The notes beneath the pieces are model-generated. The model saw only the letters and a program-made list of their open reading frames with translations. It had not been told where the DNA came from and ran no database searches. Shown here piece by piece: positions 1 to 12,275 of a stretch of DNA of 64,000 nt. Made by a program: the position numbers and the translations under genes. The stretch spans positions 2,234,001 to 2,298,000 of the forward strand of contig NW_024704742.1 in assembly GCF_018977255.1 (NCBI RefSeq), in the 5' to 3' direction. Within the stretch, counting starts at the first letter, position 1, and the number at the start of each line of letters is the position of its first letter. Source of the DNA: Callorhinchus milii (Eukaryota).

Positions 1-964
1 TTTTTCAGGTATTTAATACTTGGCACTGTGACATTCTACAACTGGAGTCACCAAATAATAGGGGTCTAGTTTACAAAAATCATCAATAGGATTCTTTCCA
101 TTGACTCACTTCTAGATGTCGGTAGTATCAAAGCAGAGTTCCTATTGATTGGCATGAATTACTCCCAGTTAATGAAATAGCTCCCTTTTGCCCAACTCGG
201 ATTGTTTATTAAACAAACGTGTTAAAAATAAACCTGCAAGTTAGACGCTCACATCTCACTGCTTTGCCCACTTCACAGATTAGCCCAGACTATCTGGACT
301 CCATAGATCTTACAAGTCATTCGCAAAGAACGGAGACTGGAACAGACACCAGCTGGAAAAAAAAAAAATGCCATGAGAGATGTACAGCTTGCTGCAGCTC
401 CAAAAGCCCGATAAATCAACTGACAAACAAACAATTTCTGAATACAGCCCCTCTCCAATGATTGAGGGCAATATAGAGAAGCCAATGAGATGCAGAAAGA
501 CATTTGAGAGTTGAATCCCAAACAAAGCGAATGGCAGTGGAGATTGCAGTGCTTAATCCTCAAAAGGGTTGTTGGAGAAACTTCGACGTCCACTAAGTAA
601 CACTCTAAGATTATTTTAAAGTGCTACACCACCATTACAGAATAATGCATAACCGGACTTTTTAACCTTGTTTCCAAGTGGGAAATATTGTGGTACAGTT
701 CTGTTGGCTGTTGAGATAAACATATTTATGTTTCAATGGATTACCAAATATAGAACTCATATATCTGACTCCCAGCAACACTGGCGATGATGAATGCATT
801 CATATTTTGAACGTGACATTTTAGAAAGTGCATTTGAAACCGAATGCATTTGGTTATTTTTGGGGGGGAAGTTTGAAGATTTGGCACGATGCGTTCAAGA
901 ATCAAATGAAATAATTGCACGCAAGGATCTGAAACAATTTTCTTCGTTCAATTTTCTACGCTCG

Positions 965-1395
965 GTGTGTGTCAGCTGGGTTCATTTGCTAGCGCTCTCC
1001 CCCTGAGCCAGAAGGCTGTGAATTTCAAGCCCCAGGTCAAATCCTGGGACTCATATAGTCTACGCTGGCACTCCAATGCAGCGCTGGGGGAGTGCTGGAT
1101 TGTTCGAGATGTCACCCTTCGGATGAAATATTAAGTTGATGTCCTGTCTGCCCGTTCAGGTGGATGTTACAGATCCCATGGCACTACGCGAAAGAAACAA
1201 GAAGTTTCTCCTAATGTCTGTATCTCTAAATCTCCGTAATAAAATTGGTCACTCATTTCTTCAAGGCCGTTTGGGGAAATATTGTTGCGCCGCATTCAAC
1301 CATAAAACTGCATTTTACAGTTTATCTATGAGGCATTTTGAGCCATTCTCCTGACATGAAAGAAGCTATACCAACTGTAAGGATTATTATCATCA
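965..1395 (+). mobile_element. Deu-domain SINE (SacSINE1/AmnSINE-like), diverged, near full length
   Basis: tRNA-like head followed by the Deu core (cggatgaaatattaag...ctgcccgttcaggtggatgttacagatcccatggcacta) and an L2-type tail ending ggattattat. Confidence 0.75.
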
Positions 1396-1811
1396 TAATC
1401 ATATAATTATTACAGTGACTTTAGTGTCCCCAATTTTTGGGGACAAAAATGCCCATGTTGCGCAGCAAACAATATAAGTGGTTTCCATACTAATCGTGTA
1501 GCACACGATAATTAAAAATGTAAGTTATCTCGGAAAATAAGTATAACCGGAAATAGAGTATCAGTTGAAAAAATTGACAACACGTTACGGTGTAATATAA
1601 TATAATATGATATGCGATATACTTTGTTGAAGTTATGATATCGCATTCTCTTTCTGTGTGCATTTTGGGCATGTGTGTCTGTGGGTGCCCGAAAAAGAGA
1701 CAAGAAAGAGAGAGAAAAAATCCACGCAAACAGTAGGAATGAAAAGAGCAAGATACGCGTAGCCACAGGCACAGATCGACAGTGACAAACCACAATATGA
1801 ATGAGCAATTG

Positions 1812-2068
1812 TCATGTCGCTTGGTGGTTTGAGCACTTGCCTCTAAAGCGAGAGGACCTGGATTCGATTCCCCAGTCAGGGTGAAACGTCGGGCAAGTTT
1901 CCCTACTCCACATTCCTCTGTTTGCCGAGCAGTAAGTAGGAACCAGATAGTTAGTCAATTGGCAGATTGCTTTTCCAAAACATACAGTCAATTCACTTTG
2001 CAGGCATAATCTATGAAGCGCTTTGAGAAGTCTCGAAGACACGATCAGGCACTATATCAAATTCAAGA

Positions 2069-2100
<32 letters not shown>
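1812..2100 (+). mobile_element. SINE subfamily B with internal deletion
   Basis: Degenerate head, B middle segment, a jump to the tail, then (TTA)n. Confidence 0.8.
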
Positions 2101-2103
<3 letters not shown>

Positions 2104-4049
2104 CAAGCGGAACTTGCAGGATGAATTGTACGCAGTTTAAACCATTAGTTTCCCCCAACAAAAATGTGAGGCTCGGGTAAAATTTCCAACTTTCAGAACA
2201 CTTTGAATCCGTTATGTAACGCTGCAAATAAATTTCCTCTCTGTAGCATTCTTCCATGTATTGTAAAATAACGCAGCATCTTCTTCATCTCCGATATAAT
2301 TAGGTTCAATGTATCGGAATTAAGGTTGTGATTCACAATCAAATAACGCCTCTGAAAATATTTTAATAATAATCCTTGCATTTTGATGTAGCGCCTTATC
2401 AAGTCGTCGAGACGTCTCAAAGAGCTTCACAGGATACTCTGTAAAGTGGTGTGACTCCGTGCCCTTTAAAGTTTAAGGCTCTTTTGATCTGCTCGGCAGG
2501 AGGAGCTGTCCATTTTCAATAGAACTGTCATTTCTCAGCATTTCCTTTCACCTCATCTCAAGCATCACAAAAGATCAAAAGAGATTTCAAAGGCCTTGCC
2601 CCTTAAGCCGACAAGAATCATTGCAAGTGGTCCGGACACATTTTGCTCGTCCCAACGTCCATTTGTCTTCAGTGAAGGTCCGCTCCCTTTTCATCTGATA
2701 ATGTCAACTGTGTTTTTGTCAAATCCTGCCTAATATCTCATTTTACACAGCACGTTTATGTGTTTATAACTCTTGATATTTGCTTGTCGGTTCAAGTTCA
2801 GCATAGATCAGTCAGCAGGAACAGATGTATCTTTCCTGTACGCTGGTGTGCCTGACCAGCAAGTCGGCCTTGGTTTCTGCCTTATCGTAGATCATCAGTG
2901 TTTTTGAGAGCTGTTACCGTGCTATGAAATGTAAATTACATTCTCGAAGCAGATCTAAACTCTAGTAGAAAAAAATCGTTCATTTTTATTTGCTGTGTCA
3001 ATTTAGCTCCTTTAGAATCCCAACCAGTTAATTATGCCTTATCAATCAGCGCTCCAAGTCGCCAGACTGTGTGAAGGGACGCTATATCAATGCAAGTTGC
3101 GGTCATCAAAATGCACAATCAACAATCCTCAACGACAACGACAACATGCATTTAGATTACAAATTCATGTCGGCGTAATGACTCGTAGTGCTATGCAGTG
3201 GCAGAGTCGGATACTGAGTTAGGGAGAAAGACGAATGGGGAGGTGGCAACGGAGCTAAGTTTTTAGGTAGAATTTGAGGTACAACAACAAGAATAACAAC
3301 TTGCATTGATATTGCGCCCTTCACGCCGGATGGCGTCTTGGAGATCTAGAGGTAGAAATATAAGTATATGGTTAATACGGACAAGATTAGAAAATACTTG
3401 TAAACACTACATTTATATAAAAAGCTATTTAATTTATGAGCATAATTATGGAAATTTACTTTAGACCAGGAATATTTATGTTATCAGTTGACTTAATAAA
3501 CGTTTCACCCACAAACTACACAGTCGCTCCACTTTACAGAAAATTCTGTGAAGCGCTTTGAGACGTCTCGATGATGTGATAAGGCGCCATATCAAACGCA
3601 AGGATTATTATTCACTTTTGCCTCTAATTACTCCTATACTGAATTTGCTTTTCACTCAACGCAGTTGGTTTTTGATCATTTTGCTCGCAAAATAATTATC
3701 TTAATGTGAGTGACCTTGACCTTGGTGTGTTCAAGTATTGCGTGAACATCATTCTCTGGAACCTGCTTTCAGTGAACATTCAGGTTGGTATTGATTTGCC
3801 ATGAGTCAGTTGTATTATAATGCCAAATGTGTTTTGTAACACTTTCAGCGATGCCTCATTGGGAAATGTCAATATTGCCATTGTTTTACAGGTCAGCTGT
3901 GCTGCAGTTTGAGTAACAAATATGATTTTTAACAGCATGATAAATAGGACACACGGCTCACGTTTGTGCTGATATTTCTCTCCACATGAGTCACCTAATC
4001 TAATGACGTTCTTCTGCTTACTTCCCATATCTTTTAACAGTTCAATGTG

Positions 4050-4225
4050 TCAGCCTGGCTCAGCCAGTAGCTTCTCGCTCAGTCAGAAGGTTGTGGATTT
4101 AAGCCCCGTGTCATTAAACTCGCACAGTCTCTAGGCTGACTTTGCTGGAGGAGCATTTCAGATGAGACGTTAAATCGAGGTACCGTCAGCCTGTTCATTT
4201 GTGCATTGAAGATCCCATGGAATCA
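4050..4225 (+). mobile_element. Deu-domain SINE fragment
   Basis: cagatgagacgttaaatcgagg...cctgttca...gatcccatgg. Confidence 0.7.
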
Positions 4226-5614
4226 TTCAACAACAACACCAAAAACAACTTGTATTTATATAGCGCCCCTCACACCGGGTGGTCTCCCAGAGCACTTGAC
4301 CAGTGGCAGAGCATAACGCTGATCTGGGGGGAGGGGGGAGGGGGAGGTGACCGTGGGTAAACCATTTGTCCCAACCCAAAAGAGAAGAAACCCAACCAAA
4401 ATTCGGCACGAGAATGAAGTTTCTCCCGACCAACATTAATCCATGAAGTAAAATTAGGCCTTCGCTTCATGGCTGTTTCTAGGATAATGCTGGGCGCAAA
4501 TTGGCTGCCGTGTTTTCCTACAAAATGCACAATCAATAATTTGGTTTAATTTAATGACATTTGATTAAAGTTTGCCCCCTCATTTGAGTGTCATTGAAGT
4601 ACACCATATCTGTGGGTTTGAGATTACTGCTCAGAGTTTAATCTATACCTTGACAAGTGATCTGAGATCACCTCAAGGCAATATTCTCGTAGGACTTGAT
4701 GCTGACAATGTGCTGTAACTGCAATTAGTGCAAGACCATTTCTGCACGGATATGTCTATGCTCAATGCCAATCCAGCATTTTCCGTAAAAAAATCATTGC
4801 ATCCATAGTTCATTACTTCCCTGTCAGGTCAGAAGTGTAGGCTTTATTGACAACTGCTTGAGTAGCTGTTGTCCAATCTCCAAAATATCTCCACCCGATA
4901 ATAATAATAATAATAATCCATGCATTTGATATAGCGCCTTAACACGTCTTTGAGACGTCTCAATGCGCTTCACAGAATATACTGTAAAGAGAATGGACTG
5001 TATATTTGTGATCGAAACTCGCACAGCAGTGTCCCCACAAACAGTCATGGATTGATAATTCAGATATGGGCATAAAACCGCACGTCTCCTGAACCATGGG
5101 CGCCAAATAGGATTGTTAAAAAGACAGATGGTGCAAATGAGGCAATTTTGTGACGTGATTATCGGTAGACCTAATTGAGAGACTGCGGTATGTCCTCATC
5201 ACAGCTAAAAGAGGAGTTTAATTAATAACCTGCTAATTTGCTGATAACTGATACAGAAAAAGGAAGGCTAAGCAGAGAGGTTTATGTCTTCTCTGATAAC
5301 TTCCTCCTCTTAATTTTCTCCCTCCTCGTCTGCTGAAGTCGTTAGATGCTTTATTCCCCTTCTTACAGGGTCACAGTTGGATAGCAGTCAGGCTGATTTT
5401 GTCCTCTCTAATCCAACGACATTGTAATATACAACACAGTTTACATCTATATAGTACCCTTCAGGTCGGGAGTACGTCTCAAAGTCGGTACGGTACAGAG
5501 TTCGGTTAACTAACTCAACACCGACCAGAGGTCAAAGCTGTAACTTTACCGGAGTAAGTAAAGAGCTACACAATTGGCGGGAGGGAAGGCAGGCTAGAAT
5601 GGGAAAAAACAAAT

Positions 5615-5795
5615 AGTGCCGTGAGATCTTTAAGGTTCACCTGGAAAGGCAGACAGGATACTTGGTTTAACACCTCATCCAAGGGATAGCATTCTCAACA
5701 AGGCCCCACATCCCTCAGCCAAGTCCCTACTTGAGTCCTGAACCCACATCCTTCTGACTAAGAGGCAAGAGAGCTATCAAGTAAGCCACGCTGAC
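5615..5795 (-). mobile_element. Deu-domain SINE fragment
   Basis: Reverse complement contains the head (gtcagcgtggcttac...agtcagaaggatgtgggttcag) and the Deu core (ggatgaggtgttaaacc...gatctcacggcact). Confidence 0.7.
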
Positions 5796-7149
5796 TTGTA
5801 TTTCGGTACATAACAGCTGAAATTAATTGGATGGTTATTATCCAGACACAGCAGATGTAGAAGAAGCAGATAAAGCAGTAAGTGGATCATTATTTACCCA
5901 CTGCAGAAATATTCCATCATTTTTCTTTACCGCATATTGAAGAGAAATGTGAATATATATATATATATATATTTTCTGATTCCAGCTTTATGAAGTGCCC
6001 TTTTAACTGTTTGGCAACAGTAAATTTACATCACAAGCAATGGGAGAAATGTGGTCTATTTTGCACAAGAGGAAGATCTAGTAATTCAACATCGATAAAG
6101 GAGCAGGAGAATTTCTCTCTCGCAGGTCATGAATAATGTAAATACTCTATGGGGATTTCAAGCAACAAGTTTTTACACATACCAGTGCCAGTGTTTAATT
6201 TCCAACACTGTCTCTCTCTGAACACATTCCCAACAGCAACAACTTGCATTTATACAGTGCCCTTCACCCCCAGCTCGAGTTCCCACGCAGCTTTGACATG
6301 CACTGTAGGATGTCCACTTGGTGTGAAAGGCACTATGTAAATGTAAGTTGTATAACATTGTATTGTATTCACATTCGGAATACAATAGAAGAACATCTCA
6401 AGAGCATTTTGCAGAGATGGTGAACAAAGATTTGTGGCCTTTTAGAGTGTATTATAATTTTACAATAGTCTGGTGCATGATTCACTGATATCAAAGATAT
6501 ATATGATGAAATGACTATTTTACTAGCTTTCTTTTCATTGCTGCTTCCAGTCAAAACCCATGTTTCCTCACAAAGCAGACCTCTTGGGTAAAGACAGAAG
6601 GCTCTTGGAATTTTATAGCGCCCGATTGCTTCAGAACACCTCAAAATGTTGCGCAGGTAAGTAATGCCCAGGTTAGCGTCTGCATTTGGTAGACCAATAG
6701 AAATTATTTGTTGTCCGCGGTTTCTGTATTTTACCCTCATTTTTTGATGAGGAAATTGTGCCTGGTACAAAAACGGAGTGTGAGCCAACTACTCCGGGAC
6801 ACAGACATCCCCGAACAGAGCCACAACACTTATTGTCTGATTTTTTTTTTAAGAGGCGAAAAACCAACAAGACGAGGGACATGAAAATGGAAGAGAACAG
6901 TGACAACCTAGCTAGGGTCTCAATACACCACAAAGAACAACAACAACAACAACTTACACAGTGCCCTACACGTGGGGCAGGGTCTTGGACTGCTTAACAA
7001 TGGCGGAAGCCTGACTTCTCGCTGGGGTGGGGGGGGGTTGCAGGAGGTGACCGTACGCATGGTCTCAGAGGAAAGTCTTCACTAAGAGGAAGGTTAAGAC
7101 ATATGGGACTGTACACAGCAAAGAGAAGTGTGCCATAAAAATAATAAGA

Positions 7150-8680
7150 AGAATCATTCCATCTGGCATAGCGCCTTTCACATCGGGGGGACGTCCCAAA
7201 GGGATTACAGGATATACTGTAAAGTGAGTGCTTTGTGCACAACGTAATAGTAGATATCAGATGGCTAAAAGGTCAAAGTGACCACGAACCAGTGTTATTA
7301 GAGAGCAGAATTGTGCATTAGCACCACAGCAAAGCGAAAGCCTACAAAGGGAAGTGGCGATCAAAGTATCTCCGAAAGGAAACTAACTACATAGGAAAAA
7401 CGATGATACTGCGGTAAAGACAAGGCTTTAGCAAAATTGGATTCCAACGTATTGCTCTTTCATCCATAAAACACAGTCACTCCATTTTATAGCATATCCC
7501 GTGAAGTGCTGTGGGATGTTCTCCCGACGTAAAAGGCTCTGTACCAAGTAAGGATTATTTTTGCTGTAATATAAGTGGTAATCCGGGATTCTAATCATAT
7601 ACTGAAGTTGAAACTCGAGGTAACTTCAAAAACTGAAAATTAGAATGCATTAGAATCTTTTATTTCATTAAACGCTGAAACTGAAAATGAAAAATAAATC
7701 AGCCTGGCATCTCTCCTATTAATTTTAGTAGCTTGTATTACCTTTTGTAATAATCTTTAAGGAATGTCGTTGATCAAGCAGAGAAATGAACAGATGCGTG
7801 ACATAAAAGGTAAAAGAATAAACTGAACGCAGAAGAATAAGAGCTTTGTGGCACTTGCCAATGTACCCGGAGCCGATTGCACACAGACCACTCGCACTAG
7901 ATTAAGAAAACAAAGATAATATAACCAGAATCCTGACATGTATATAGCAGCTTTCAAGTCAGGAGGATGTCTCAAAGAGCATCACAGGATTCGCTGTAAA
8001 GTGTTATTTTTTTTTGCAGGTAAGTGCGGCCAATTTGCACAAACAACAATGTCCCACAAGCAGCCACGAAATGGATGAAGGTAAAATGTATGTGCATGGG
8101 AGTAGTGCTGTTATACAACATATAAAACAAGCCAATCTTTCTTAGATGGGATAATAATATCAATTATTATAATAATAACCTTCCTTGACTTTCATATAAT
8201 GCCTTATCATTTAGTCGCAATGTCTCAAAGAGCTTCACAGGTTATACCGTAAAGGGGATTGACTGTATTTTGTGGGCGAAACTACAACTTTCGTTTAAGA
8301 AGTAGTTATTTTCATTAAAAAGGGATCTAAGTGGTGGTACTTCTTAATGGGATTTATTAACAAGAAATTCTATTAAAGTTCCCATTGAGTAACAGGGACA
8401 TTGCTCTGGGAGTAGATAGCGCTGGGGTGGAGTTCAGTAGATGAGTATGAAGTACTTCCAGGTATTCTGGGTACCTGAAGTCTAGTAAACCGGGAGTTTA
8501 CTGTATTAAGGGGGTAATAATCCCTTCCAAAAAATGATAAATAAAATAATAATTTGGTCACTCGATCCAGGACTGTGTGTGGGACAATGCCGTGTGCAAT
8601 TGGCTGCTGCCTTTCGCCCACAAAATACAGTCACTTTGTAGTATTATCGGTGAAGGGCTTTGAGACGTCTCAAAGACAGC
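7150..8680. mobile_element. Cluster of decayed SINE tails in both orientations (about 7150-7230 -, 7470-7560 +, 7925-8075 -, 8165-8290 -, 8550-8680 +)
   Basis: Each piece shows part of the cagtcaattcactttacag...aagcgctttgagacgtc...aaatgcaaggatta tail. Confidence 0.7.
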
Positions 8681-9074
8681 AACAACTTGCATTATATAGC
8701 GCTTTTCACACAGGGTAGAGTCCAGGAGTGCAGGAGGTGATAAGGCGCTAAATCAAGTAAGAGCTGCCATTATGGACCACTAGCTTTCTGGGATCCGTTA
8801 GTGTAAAGCGCTCTGATTCGCCGTCCAACGTGGAGGGCGCTATATAAATCCAAGTTGGCGTTGTTGTTGTTGTAATCCCAGTCTAGTTTGGTTGTCTCAG
8901 CCGAGACTAAAACACCCCTGGTCTTCCCAAACCAGCCAGGGTTCCTTCTCCAGGTCCCTTTGCAGTTCTCTGCTGATTGTACGTGTCTGTGTTTGCGATT
9001 GAGCTGATTGAGCTGTGGTCAGATTCCACACTCGAGTGAGTCCATCAACATTTACTGCCAAGGCTCACCCGTGC

Positions 9075-9250
9075 GAGACTGAGATTGATAGGTTTCTAAA
9101 AGATAGAGGGATTAAGGGATATGGGGATAAGACGAGCAGATGGAGTTAGGTTAGAAGATCAGCCATGGTCTTATTAAATGGCGGGGCACAGGCTCGAGGG
9201 GCCGAATGGCATACTCCTGCTCCTAATTGCTTTGTTCCCATGTCCCTATG
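9075..9250 (+). mobile_element. CR1 3' UTR/terminus
   Basis: gatcagccatggtcttattaaatggcggggcacaggctcgaggggccgaatggc...tcctgctcctaat followed by a ttcctatg-like terminal repeat. Confidence 0.85.
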
Positions 9251-10295
9251 TGAGCAACGACCACTTGCACAGGGTTCTTGCGGAGGGCAACCGATCTCCT
9301 CGGATGCCATTCCCAGCAAGAGGTGGTCAGACCAGAAGCAGAGAGGCATATGGCAATGGGGAGGAGATCTCGGGGGAAAAAAAATCAGGTGGTTACGCTA
9401 AATATTCATAGAAGAAATAGTATTAGGAAGCTACACAGTTCATACAAATTTAGTGTCCCATAAGTTATTTTTGTAATATTCATCTCGATTAAGTACTGAA
9501 ATAATATACCATCGTGATTCTGAATATTTGGGTCAAAACTGGATTATATTTCACCAATAAAAATGTGTCGCACCCATTTCTATTGTGCTGTACGGATATT
9601 TTAACATTTCTCTGAAAATCTTGCGGTGACCTAGTTTTTATTTTTGACTGCCCCATTCTCTCCTGCACAACTGTTGGGAAACAACTGGACTGGAAATGTT
9701 GTAGATTTATGCCCTACCCTTTCACGTCTGAAGAGTTATGCTTTTTTTTTTGATGAAATCTTAATAGGAAAGCCTGATTACATTGAACATGGTGTACATG
9801 CGTTAGCTAATGATCCGCTGTGCTTTGAGAATTGCACAGTATTACTTGGTTCATTGCGTATGCTTCGCAAATACTTTAACCATCTCTTTTGATGAGGACC
9901 AGTAAAAATGTAATGAAGTCAACCTCTTATCACAGGGTTGGTAGAAGCAGCCCATCCTACATACCTTTGCTCACAGCTGGAATTGGTTCTTTTATTGTCA
10001 GGTACTGAACAAGGACACAAGTGCATAACCTAATGCACATCCTGTACGTACTTGTTTCAATCACCGCTCTGAGACACTTGGGATTCAGATGACATAATAG
10101 ATATGTTATTTGAGGTTGGGTAAATTGGAGGAAGGTTTAACTTTGCTATTGACCTGAACACCTCTAAAGGCACAAGCTGCGTGGATTTTAATGGTTGAAA
10201 AGCGGCTTAATTGTTCTGGGATTTAAGCACGCACAAAACAAGGTCTTATTCTGCATCCAATCTCTTTTCTATCTGGATCTGGGAGTCAAGAGAAG

Positions 10296-10750
10296 TTCAT
10301 AAGAACATAAGAATTAGGAGCAGGAGTCGGCCATTCGGCCCCTCGAGCCTGTGCCCCGCCATGCGATAAGATCACGGCTGATCTTCTGACCTATCTCCAA
10401 TTACCTGCCCTTTCCCCATATCCCCTAATCCCTCTATTTTTTAAAAAAATCTATCAGTCTCAGCCTTGAAGATGTTCAAGGACTGAGCATCTACAGCCTT
10501 CTGGGGGAGTGAATTCCATAAATTCACTGCCCTCTGAGTGAGGAAATGTTTCCTCAACTCTGTTCTCAAAGGCTGACCCTTAATTTTCAGACTGTGACCC
10601 CCGGTTATAGATTCTCCTATTGGGGGAAACAGACCCTCAGTGTCTACTTTATCAGCCCTTTAAGAATCTTATATGTTTCAATAAGATCCCCCCTAATTCT
10701 TCTGTACTCTTAGAGAATACAGCCCCAGTTTATTCAGCCTATCCTCATGT
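10296..10750 (-). mobile_element. CR1 3' end
   Basis: Terminal cataagaa repeats, the same 3' UTR as 9075-9250 in reverse complement, and the ORF2 C-terminus. Confidence 0.88.
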
Positions 10751-11519
10751 TGACAACAGATGGAAAATTAGTCCTCCACTGTACTTTGCTTCACTTTGAG
10801 CATGTTTGTGTTACATAAAATATATACATAATGTAAATAGTTGCCAATTGACAGGCACTATCATCATTTTACCTCAGTGAGTGTAAAATGTCAACGGACT
10901 GAACTGCTGCCAAACATAATGAGGACTGTCACTGCGGACCTAATTTACTCGTGCTCTCACCCGTACGCTCCCACTTGTCTTGATTTTTAATTCCATTTGC
11001 TTCGAACTCCATTCGCTTGCTACTTCAATCGAACCCCTTCTACCCTTGTCTCGATGCGGCACTACACATAAGCTGCCTTTCTGGGACATTGTTGTGCCCG
11101 AAATTGGTTGAGAGTAAAATTCTGAGAAAGAGCTTGCAGAGATTTTGACGATCTGACAAGGTGCTGCATCGGATGCAAGTATTTTGATTGCCTACCTTAC
11201 ACAGTATGAATTATCGATGCGCGCGCGTGTGGAGGTAACTAACTCACTCTCACAGTTCTGACATTGCCTTAAGACCGACCACCTGCGGCTCTCAGTACTA
11301 CCGGGGAAATACTTTACACCCAAAGAACTCGACTTCTCATTTCGAATCAGTTTCAAACGAAAGAACTGCGCGGCAGGTTCGATTGTTTAGAAGCGTTCCC
11401 TCCTCCAGGCAGAAGATTGCGGTTCGAGCTCCACAAAAAATCTTTTGAACTCGGAATCTAACCTGGTATTCCAGCACGGAATTAAAGGACGGTTGCATGG
11501 CTTCAAATTAGTTTAATCA

Positions 11520-11752
11520 AATGACTTCTTCTCTCACCTTCTCAAGGTCATCGCTGGTGTACCTCAGGGCTCTATCCTCGGTCTCCTCCTCTATATGGTT
11601 CCCACCCCACCCTCCTCCATCCCGTTGGTGGCGTAATCCACAACACAGAGTTAGTTTTTTCATACATATGGACGACACACAAATCTACCTCTCTGCTTTT
11701 ACCCTTGATTCAAGCTCTACTGATGTTTTGACCGCCTGCCTGTCAGACACAA
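11520..11752 (+). mobile_element. L2 RT core fragment
   Basis: GVPQGSILGLLL and DDTQIYLS motifs. Confidence 0.78.
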
Positions 11753-11897
11753 AGTCCAATAACAACTTGAATTTACATAGCATCCTTCGCACACAAAGCG
11801 TCTCAGAGCACTTACAGTCCATCAGCTAAACATGGACACAACCCAAGTTATCCTCCCATTGGCTCTCACTCATGCCTCCTTGCTCTATGGAAAAGTC

Positions 11898-12275
11898 TGT
11901 GGATTCCCGGGCAGGGCCAAACATTGGGCACATTTCCTGACTCCATACGTCTCTGTTCACCCAGCTGTTAGTAGGAACCCTGTCGTTCGTCGATTGATGG
12001 GTCGCTTTTCCGGCGGTAATAATCCCTCAAAAGAAAAATTTGGTCACTCAATCCACAACTGTTTGTGGGTCGGACTCAGCCACCACGTTTCGCCCACAAA
12101 ATAGACAGTCAATTCACTTTTTCTGTGAAGCGCTTTGAGACGTCTCGAAGATGTGACAAGGTGCTATATCAATTGCAACGATTATTATTAGTATTATATT
12201 ATATCCTGTGAAGCGTTTTGAGATATCTCAGTGCTGTGATAAGGTGCTACATCAAATATAAGGATTATTATTATT
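11898..12275 (+). mobile_element. SINE subfamily B (5'-truncated) followed by a second tandem tail
   Basis: B middle segment and tail end at about 12190; a second gtgaagcg...aggattattatt tail lies at about 12205-12275. Confidence 0.8.
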
